Assembly (NCBI RefSeq): GCF_000379765.1
Contig: NZ_KB903448.1
Location: 14,027 to 78,026, forward strand
Direction of reading: 5' to 3'
Source: Flexithrix dorotheae DSM 6795
GTDB lineage: Bacteria; Bacteroidota; Bacteroidia; Cytophagales; Flammeovirgaceae
DNA length: 64,000 nt
Shown here: positions 56,999 to 64,000 of the stretch, in pieces
How the letters are laid out: each line of letters begins with the position of its first letter
How positions within the stretch are numbered: position 1 is the stretch's first letter
Position numbers and translations under genes: made by a program
The notes under the pieces: model-generated
What the model was told of the DNA's origin: nothing
Databases searched by the model: none
The model's input: only the letters and a program-made list of their open reading frames with translations

Positions 56999-59185
56999 AT
57001 GAAGCCTGATTTTAAAAATATTAGTTTCGATAAAATTAGGGAGGAAATTAAAAATTCTCCCGCTTCGAATGCTAAAAACAACCATTTTCCAGACTGGAAT
57101 ACTGCAGAAAAAATTACGGTAAAACCTGCCTATTTCTCTGAGGACATCAAAGATTATGATCATCTAAATTTTGCAGCCGGACTGCCTCCCTACCTGCGGG
57201 GGCCCTATTCGACCATGTATGTTTTGAGACCCTGGACCATCAGACAATATGCCGGTTTTAGTACTGCGGAAGAATCCAACGCATTTTATAGAAGAAACCT
57301 GGCTGCCGGTCAGAAAGGACTTTCAGTAGCATTTGACCTGGCTACCCACCGTGGCTATGATTCAGATCATCCGAGAGTAGTTGGAGATGTAGGAAAAGCC
57401 GGTGTAGCCATCGATTCTATTCTGGATATGGAAGTCCTTTTCGACCAGATTCCCCTGGATAAAATGTCAGTATCTATGACCATGAACGGGGCAGTAATTC
57501 CCATTATGGCATTTTATATTGTAGCTGCAGAGGAACAGGGAGTCAAAAAAGAATTATTAAGCGGGACTATCCAAAATGACATTCTGAAGGAGTTTATGGT
57601 GAGAAATACCTACATCTACCCTCCCCTGCCCAGCATGAAAATCATTGCCGATATTTTTGCTTATACGTCCAGACACATGCCAAAATTCAATTCGATCAGT
57701 ATCAGTGGTTACCATATGCAGGAAGCCGGAGCTACCAATGATATTGAATTGGCCTATACCCTTGCCGATGGTTTGGAATATATCAGGACGGGAATAAAAG
57801 CAGGCTTAAAAGTAGATGATTTTGCACCCAGACTTTCCTTTTTCTGGGCAATTGGAATGAATCATTTTATGGAAATAGCCAAGATGAGAGCAGGCCGGTT
57901 ATTATGGTCAAAAATTGTGAAACAGTTCGACCCTGTGAATCCCAAGTCAATGGCTTTACGGACACACTCCCAAACTTCAGGCTGGTCTCTTACAGAGCAA
58001 GATGCTTTTAATAATGTGGCCAGAACTTATGTGGAAGCAATGGGAGCAGCACTTGGACACACCCAATCACTACATACCAATTCTTTGGATGAAGCCATTG
58101 CCCTACCAACTGATTTCTCTGCCAGAATAGCCAGAAACACCCAAAAATTCATTCAGCAGGAGACTGATATTTGTAAAGTGGTAGATCCTTGGGGAGGAAG
58201 TTATTATGTGGAGCATTTAACTCAGGAACTGGTGAAAAGTGCCTGGACTTTGATGGAGGAAGTAGAAGAGTTGGGAGGAATGGCTAAGGCTATAGAAAGC
58301 GGTATTCCCAAAATGCGGATTGAAGAAGCCGCTGCCAGAAGACAAGCCAGAATAGATTCAGGTAAAGATGTGATTGTGGGCGTAAATAAATACAAAACTG
58401 CAGAAGATAAAGAAATTGATTTACTGGAAGTGGACAATAAAGCGGTTTTGCAGTCTCAATTAGAACGACTTAAAAAGTTGAGAGCAGAAAGGAATGAAGC
58501 GGATGTTCAGGCAGCTTTGAAGGCAATCACGGCTTGTGCGGAGAAAAAGAAAAACAATACGGATAATCCTAATAATGATGATGAAAACCTACTGGCACTG
58601 GCGGTAGATGCAGCAAGAAAAAGAGCCAGTTTAGGAGAGATTTCCGATGCTATGGAAAAAGTATTTGGCAGGTTTACGGCTACCATTCGGTCTATTTCTG
58701 GAGTTTATTCCAATGAGGCAGCAGATGATGATGACTTCAAAAAAGCCAAAGGGCTTTCAGATAAATTCGCTGAACTGGATGGCAGAAGACCAAGAATAAT
58801 GGTGGCGAAAATGGGACAGGATGGTCACGACAGGGGAGCAAAAGTAATTGCCACCAGTTTTGCCGATTTAGGTTTTGATGTAGATGTCGGTCCACTTTTC
58901 CAGACTCCTGAAGAAGTGGCTAGGCAGGGAGCTGAAAATGATGTGCATATTATTGGTTGTTCTTCTCTGGCTGCCGGTCATAAAACTTTAATTCCCCAAT
59001 TAATCAATGAGTTAAAAAAGATTGGCAGAGAGGATATAAAAGTTGTAGCAGGAGGAGTAATTCCACCAAAGGACTATGATTTTTTATACGATGCAGGTGT
59101 AGTAGAAGTATTCGGTCCGGGAACGGTCATTTCAGTTGCAGCAAGCAAAATTCTTGAAGACTTACTTGCTGAATTTGCCGAATAA
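56999..59185 (+). CDS. mutB: Methylmalonyl-CoA mutase, large (catalytic, B12-binding) subunit
   Basis: TIM-barrel substrate domain ([15 protein letters not shown]...[10 protein letters not shown]) and a C-terminal B12-binding domain with a DxHxxG motif ([11 protein letters not shown]). Confidence 0.9.
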   Translation: MKPDFKNISFDKIREEIKNSPASNAKNNHFPDWNTAEKITVKPAYFSEDIKDYDHLNFAAGLPPYLRGPYSTMYVLRPWTIRQYAGFSTAEESNAFYRRNLAAGQKGLSVAFDLATHRGYDSDHPRVVGDVGKAGVAIDSILDMEVLFDQIPLDKMSVSMTMNGAVIPIMAFYIVAAEEQGVKKELLSGTIQNDILKEFMVRNTYIYPPLPSMKIIADIFAYTSRHMPKFNSISISGYHMQEAGATNDIELAYTLADGLEYIRTGIKAGLKVDDFAPRLSFFWAIGMNHFMEIAKMRAGRLLWSKIVKQFDPVNPKSMALRTHSQTSGWSLTEQDAFNNVARTYVEAMGAALGHTQSLHTNSLDEAIALPTDFSARIARNTQKFIQQETDICKVVDPWGGSYYVEHLTQELVKSAWTLMEEVEELGGMAKAIESGIPKMRIEEAAARRQARIDSGKDVIVGVNKYKTAEDKEIDLLEVDNKAVLQSQLERLKKLRAERNEADVQAALKAITACAEKKKNNTDNPNNDDENLLALAVDAARKRASLGEISDAMEKVFGRFTATIRSISGVYSNEAADDDDFKKAKGLSDKFAELDGRRPRIMVAKMGQDGHDRGAKVIATSFADLGFDVDVGPLFQTPEEVARQGAENDVHIIGCSSLAAGHKTLIPQLINELKKIGREDIKVVAGGVIPPKDYDFLYDAGVVEVFGPGTVISVAASKILEDLLAEFAE

Positions 59186-59249
59186 AAAAAAAGAACTGGC
59201 AAATTCCAGAGTCAAAAATTATTTTATTAAAGACTTGAAAAATCGCATC

Positions 59250-60410
59250 ATGGAAAATAATGGCAAACTATTTCACGAATTTGAACAGGTAGATAAAGCC
59301 GCCTGGAAAAGCAAAATTGAAAAAGATTTGAGGGGAGCTAATTATGAAGAAAAAGTAGTATGGAATACAAAAGAAGGCTTTAAAGTCAATCCTTTTTATA
59401 ACCATGAAGATTTAAATGGTTTGGAATATTTGAAGCAAATCAGTAATTCAGGTATGCAGGAAAATCAACCAGAAACAGGACCTAGACAATGGCTTAATCT
59501 TCCGGAAATTCCAGTAAAAGACAAAAGAGAAGCAAACAGGAAAGCCTTATTAGCCCTAAATAATGGAGCAGATGGAATAGTTTTCTCTCTTCCCAAAAAC
59601 CTGAACAGAGGAGAGTTCAGCCAGTTAATTGATGGAATTCAGTTGCCTTATTGCAGCATAGGATTCAAAGGTATTTATTCTCCCATGGCTTTATTAAAAC
59701 ATATTATTTCTTATACTGAAAAAGCAGGTTTCAATCCGGAAACCCTCCAAGGTACTTTAAATTTCAATTTCGAAGATATCTCTACCGAAGATTTTGCCGA
59801 ATCATTCGAGTTATTAACCAGTTTACCCGGATTCAAATTAATTCTTACTGTGAACAGGGAAGGTTTAAATTATCAGGAAAGTATTTCAAAGGTGCTTACT
59901 GCAGGGGTTGAGCTTATTGAAAAATTAAGAGAAATAAGTTTTGAACCCGATCAGATTTTTAAACAAATTCAATTTAGCTGGGACTCGGGAAACAACTACT
60001 TTTTTGAAATCGCTGCGCTAAGAGCTTTAAAAATTTTAATTGTGCAAATAGCCCGGGTTTATGGTTTGGATAGTTTCCAATACCCTAATGTAAAAATTCA
60101 TGTAAATACCCACATCACTGTAAATGAGGAAACCAAGGCCGATCCTTACCTGAATATGCTTTCGAATACAAATCAGGCCATGTCTGCCATAATTGGGGGC
60201 TGTGACTCCTTAACCGTTTTACCTCACAACCTGGGCATTGAACAATCAGATGATTTTGCAGAAAGGATTGCCCGAAATGTGTCCAATATTTTAAAAGAAG
60301 AGGCCTATCTGGATAAAGTTGCTGATCCTGCAGCTGGATCGTATTACATAGAAAATCTCACAGACCAGCTTGCGGAGAAATCCTGGAAGTTATTTTCAGA
60401 AAGTGTCTAG
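59250..60410 (+). CDS. mutA: Methylmalonyl-CoA mutase small subunit-like protein (MutA-like, no B12 domain)
   Basis: Homologous to the mutase barrel (RIARNVSNILKEEAYLDKVADPAAGSYYIE) but lacks a B12 domain. The track ORF starts at 59136 and overlaps mutB. The Met at 59250 is the more plausible start. Confidence 0.65.
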   Translation: MENNGKLFHEFEQVDKAAWKSKIEKDLRGANYEEKVVWNTKEGFKVNPFYNHEDLNGLEYLKQISNSGMQENQPETGPRQWLNLPEIPVKDKREANRKALLALNNGADGIVFSLPKNLNRGEFSQLIDGIQLPYCSIGFKGIYSPMALLKHIISYTEKAGFNPETLQGTLNFNFEDISTEDFAESFELLTSLPGFKLILTVNREGLNYQESISKVLTAGVELIEKLREISFEPDQIFKQIQFSWDSGNNYFFEIAALRALKILIVQIARVYGLDSFQYPNVKIHVNTHITVNEETKADPYLNMLSNTNQAMSAIIGGCDSLTVLPHNLGIEQSDDFAERIARNVSNILKEEAYLDKVADPAAGSYYIENLTDQLAEKSWKLFSESV

Positions 60411-60711
60411 GTAGAAAATAAGTTTTCGTTTTCCACTTGATCTCTTTACCTGATTCTTCTTTATTTTTTCAGCTTTACGAAGAGAATTTACACACCTGAA
60501 ATGGTACATTTTTTTACCCGTTCTGACCCCAATTGGAACGGGTATTTTTTTTCTGACCCAAAATGCTGAAAGATTTTAGGAAAATTTTGAACATTTCGTA
60601 GAAAAAGTTGAAATTCAGGGCAATTATTTTAAATTATACATGTCATAAATATAGCCTGAATAATTAAAATCTGGTTTTTGCAAAAATCACATCCACCAAC
60701 AATTTTTTAAC

Positions 60712-63700
60712 ATGTTCACAAAAAGATTACTATTAACCTATTTACTAATTAATGCCTGTTTTTTTAGCCATTTATTTGGCCAGTCCAATTACTCGGATTA
60801 TTCGGAAAGTCAGCTGGATTATGTTTTCAATGAACAATTTGATAACAACGATAATAACTGGAGCAGTGGCACTGCCGGAGAAAGAGTAGGAAAGGTCAAT
60901 TATGGTTATTACCACTGGGAATCGCAAATTAAAAGTTCAGGATCTACCTGGAAAGAAGTCGATCTTGATGAAAGTAAGGACTTTCAAATTGAAACCAGAA
61001 TAAAATTTATCACTGGGAATCAATACAATTTTAATGGGCTGAATTGGGGAAGATCATCCGATGGAGATTGTTTCACTTTTGGTTTTAATGACAATGGTGA
61101 AAAAAGAAGCGCACGGTATGTAAATTCAGAATACGAAAGCATTATCGACTGGGAAGAATCCAGTGCTGTAAATAAAGATGGTTACAATAAACTAACGGTA
61201 AGAAAAGTAGGAAATAATTATTACTTTTTCATTAATGAAACACTGGTAAAAACCAAATCCTTTGAACCCTTTTTTGGCAACAGGATAGGGTTTATGTGTG
61301 GAACAAATACCATCATTAATATCGATTACCTCACAGTAGGTTACCTCAAGTCTTTCAGTGCCTCTCCGGCAAATTATTCTGCTTTTTCCACCTCACAGAA
61401 AAGGGACATATTTTTCGATGATTTCAATAATAATTCAAATAGCTGGTCATATGGAACTCCGGGCAAAAGAGTTGGAAAAGTAGAAAATGGCTATTATTCC
61501 TGGGAATCTTTAACAGATCAGGCCCAACTGACTTCCAAAGAAATTAGCATTGATGAAAATAAGGATTGGGAGATAGAGGCTAAAATGAAATATATAAAGG
61601 GGAAAGAATACAGTGCAAATGGATTGCTTTGGGGATATGAAAACGTAAATATTTACAGTTATGATTTCATTTTTAATGGAAATGGCTCCTACAAAATTGA
61701 TAAATATGAAGGATCTTATGATGATTATGTAAAGTGGACTGCTTCTTCCGCTGTGAATAAATATGGTTACAATAAATTAACCATTAGGAAAGTAGGTCAG
61801 AAATTGTATTTTTTTATAAATGAGCAGTTTTTGTACTCTATGAGCAATAAAAAATTCTTTGGTCAGCGGGTAGCTTTTCAGGTGGCTCCACATACAAAAA
61901 TTCAAATTGATTATTTAAGAGTTTCCTATCTGGACGCCCAGTCTGACACAGATTTCCGATCTTACAGCTATTATTCTTCAAGCCAAAAAGAATCAATATT
62001 TTCAGACGATTTTAACAGTGATGTCAATAACTGGGATTTGTCAAAAACAAATGACCAAAGTTCAAAGATTTCCAATGGTTACCTGCATTTTGAACATTAC
62101 AGAAAATCCGGAGCATGGACAAAATACCGAAAAATTTCATTTGACGAGTCGAGAGATTTTGAAATTGAAACCAGAATGAAAGTGATTACCAAAGGAGATG
62201 GAGGCTACCTGAACGCCCTGCTTTGGGGTAAAGAAGAAAGTAGTGATTTTAGGCTGGGCTACAACAACTACGGTAGTTTTAGGGTGTGTAAAACCATTGA
62301 TGGAGAATGGTCATATTATGTGCCCTGGACCAAAAATGACCAGATAGATCCAAATGGTTTCAATAAGTTAACTGTGAGAAAAATAGGTGCAAATTATTAT
62401 ATGTACATCAATGAAAATCTGGTGCACACCATGCCGTACGAACCTGTTTTTGGAGAAAGGGTAGGTTTTTTGGCCACCCTGTCAACAGAGCTACAGATTG
62501 ACTATTTAAGAGTTTCTTATCTTAAAAAGAAAGGTGCTTATTCCAGCAATACTTATGTGAGCAATAATACAGGGAATGTATCTCCGGGAGGAAATACCCC
62601 AACAGCACCAGCCTATCTGGTTACTGATAATTTAAATTTTTCTGATACTGATCAGGACAATCAGATAGATGGAGGAGAAACCACTAATATTAAATTTGTA
62701 ATCAGGAATATGGGAAAAGGACCTGCAAAAGCGATGCAGGTAAAAGTCACCGAACAAGCCCGATTAAGTGGTTTAGAATTTAATCCGACACATTATCTTG
62801 GTGACCTTGCCCCCGGAGCAGAAAAAGAAGTGATTATCCCTGTGAAAGGAAATATGCAGTTGCAAACTGGTCAGGCGAACTTCCATATAGAAGTATTGGA
62901 AGACAATGGATTTGATGCTGACCCAATAAAAATCACCATTCCAACTTTTGCTTTTATGCCTCCGGAACTGGAGATTGTAGATTATCAGTTCTCCAGTGAA
63001 CTGGGTGGAAAAATGGCCCTTGGTATTCCCATTAACCTGAAAATGGCGGTACAAAATGTGGGTCAGGGGCAGGCTGATAATGTAAAATTAAATATCTCTT
63101 TGCCTCAAAATGTATTTTCTGCGGGTGACAATTCTTTTAGCATAGGAAATTTAGGACCGGGTGATTCAAAAACTATTGACTTTGAATTCTTTACCAACAA
63201 AAGGTATGCGGATACAGATGTTCCGGTAACTGCTCAGATTTCCGAAGGCTCGGGTAGTTTTGGCAAAACCAAATCCATGGCGGTGAAACTGAACCAGCAA
63301 TTGCAGAATTCGAATAATGTAGTTGTATCATCCAAAAACATCCAGGTCAATACCCCAATACGACAGGTGTCCTTAAGTTCCGATGTGGATAAAAATATTC
63401 CTCAGGTAAATGTGCAGAATCCTGATGCCATTGCTGTGGTTATTGGAAACAAGGATTATAAAAACTCAGATGTGCCTACTGTGGATTTTGCCATCCAGGA
63501 TGCCCAAATCATGAAAAGGTATCTGATTGAAGCATTTGGTTTCGATGAAAACAATATTATCTATTTTTCCAATGCTTCACAATCAGATTTTAACAGTACA
63601 TTCGGTAAAAAAGGAAATTACAAAGCTCAGCTTTATAATCTGATAAAGCCTGGGAAATCTGATGTTTTCGTTTTCTACAGTGGCCATGGTGCACCAGATC

Positions 63701-64000
63701 CGGAAAGTAAGGAAGGGTATTTTGTACCAGTGGATTGTAATCCGTCATTGGTAGCATTTAATGGTTACTCAATTAATACATTTTATGAAAACCTGGCTCA
63801 AATGCCTTATAGAAACCTGACCATTGTAGTAGATGCCTGTTTCAGCGGTTCTTCTGATCAGGGAATGCTGCTGCATAACATTTCCCCTGTATTCATAAAA
63901 ACTGAAAACAAAATTAAAGCTTCGGAAAATTCACTGGTTTTCACCTCAGCAGCTGGAGATCAGGTTTCTTCCTGGTATCCTGAAAAGAAACACTCCTTGT
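60712..64000 (+). CDS. Secreted multidomain protein with 3 tandem ~210-aa repeats, 2 CARDB-like domains and a caspase (peptidase C14) domain. 3' end lies beyond the window.
   Basis: Open frame from ATG 60712 to the window end (absent from the ORF track because it has no stop). Signal peptide. Three repeats each carrying DDFN..NNWS / NGYY.WES / GYNKLTVRKVG..YYF.INE / IDYLRVSYL. CARDB-like NxGxxxA segments. Caspase His/Cys dyad contexts VFYSGHG and VVDACFSG. Confidence 0.75.
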   Translation, partial: MFTKRLLLTYLLINACFFSHLFGQSNYSDYSESQLDYVFNEQFDNNDNNWSSGTAGERVGKVNYGYYHWESQIKSSGSTWKEVDLDESKDFQIETRIKFITGNQYNFNGLNWGRSSDGDCFTFGFNDNGEKRSARYVNSEYESIIDWEESSAVNKDGYNKLTVRKVGNNYYFFINETLVKTKSFEPFFGNRIGFMCGTNTIINIDYLTVGYLKSFSASPANYSAFSTSQKRDIFFDDFNNNSNSWSYGTPGKRVGKVENGYYSWESLTDQAQLTSKEISIDENKDWEIEAKMKYIKGKEYSANGLLWGYENVNIYSYDFIFNGNGSYKIDKYEGSYDDYVKWTASSAVNKYGYNKLTIRKVGQKLYFFINEQFLYSMSNKKFFGQRVAFQVAPHTKIQIDYLRVSYLDAQSDTDFRSYSYYSSSQKESIFSDDFNSDVNNWDLSKTNDQSSKISNGYLHFEHYRKSGAWTKYRKISFDESRDFEIETRMKVITKGDGGYLNALLWGKEESSDFRLGYNNYGSFRVCKTIDGEWSYYVPWTKNDQIDPNGFNKLTVRKIGANYYMYINENLVHTMPYEPVFGERVGFLATLSTELQIDYLRVSYLKKKGAYSSNTYVSNNTGNVSPGGNTPTAPAYLVTDNLNFSDTDQDNQIDGGETTNIKFVIRNMGKGPAKAMQVKVTEQARLSGLEFNPTHYLGDLAPGAEKEVIIPVKGNMQLQTGQANFHIEVLEDNGFDADPIKITIPTFAFMPPELEIVDYQFSSELGGKMALGIPINLKMAVQNVGQGQADNVKLNISLPQNVFSAGDNSFSIGNLGPGDSKTIDFEFFTNKRYADTDVPVTAQISEGSGSFGKTKSMAVKLNQQLQNSNNVVVSSKNIQVNTPIRQVSLSSDVDKNIPQVNVQNPDAIAVVIGNKDYKNSDVPTVDFAIQDAQIMKRYLIEAFGFDENNIIYFSNASQSDFNSTFGKKGNYKAQLYNLIKPGKSDVFVFYSGHGAPDPESKEGYFVPVDCNPSLVAFNGYSINTFYENLAQMPYRNLTIVVDACFSGSSDQGMLLHNISPVFIKTENKIKASENSLVFTSAAGDQVSSWYPEKKHSL

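Noticed and set aside
62773-63054. 93-aa minus-strand ORF within the caspase-domain gene
   Set aside because: It is antisense to a long, motif-rich open frame and is a chance ORF.
1-64000. CRISPR arrays, tRNA/rRNA genes, IS elements, transposases or integrases
   Set aside because: I scanned for regularly spaced direct repeats, the tRNA T-loop consensus (GTTCRANYC), and transposase-like or integrase-like ORFs, and found none. The short repeats reported above are isolated pairs, not arrays.

Overview
This 64-kb window is low-GC (roughly mid-30s % GC by eye) and looks like a Bacteroidota chromosome, probably Cytophagia or Flavobacteriia-like. The evidence for that is a trypsin-like protease with a T9SS C-terminal sorting domain, many TPR lipoproteins, beta-propeller/Y_Y_Y sensor kinases, and TAnnTTTG-type promoter motifs. 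I found no rRNA, tRNA, CRISPR array, transposase or integrase. The window is gene-dense, with about 53 CDS. The clearest housekeeping block is 52.6-60.4 kb: a near-complete succinate/propionate module made of methylmalonyl-CoA epimerase, a Na+-translocating methylmalonyl-CoA decarboxylase (carboxyltransferase, OadG-like, biotin carrier and beta pump subunits) and both subunits of the B12-dependent methylmalonyl-CoA mutase. The rest is a mix of signalling proteins (class III adenylate cyclase, two sensor histidine kinases, a Cache/HAMP-SpoIIE phosphatase, a COG4941 sigma factor with YciI/DGPF partner, a LacI regulator), redox proteins (an 8-haem cytochrome c fused to HEAT/TPR repeats) and many conserved hypotheticals. 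The most unusual locus is at 25.3-33.8 kb on the minus strand. There an NfeD/YqiJ-like membrane protein and a flotillin (SPFH, EA-repeat coiled coil) are followed, co-directionally, by a 1670-aa protein with an N-terminal beta-rich region, about 600 aa of coiled coil, and a C-terminal AAA_5 (dynein/MoxR/McrB-type) ATPase module. A small ORF flanked by 16-bp direct repeats follows it. I regard this as a candidate uncharacterised flotillin-associated ATPase machine. Other points worth a second look: (1) a GC-rich element of about 85 bp with terminal inverted repeats, present twice (30.8 kb and 37.5 kb); (2) a 3'-truncated secreted protein of at least 1096 aa with three tandem ~210-aa repeats, two CARDB-like domains and a caspase (C14) His/Cys domain; (3) a translationally coupled TPR-AAA ATPase and TPR-membrane protein pair; (4) a macro-domain, MtfA-like SEC-C peptidase and SRPBCC trio; (5) tandemly duplicated TPR lipoprotein genes with a duplicated upstream motif; (6) several conspicuous palindromes and short repeats in intergenic DNA. 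All functional calls rest on motifs read by eye from the translations. I ran no database searches.
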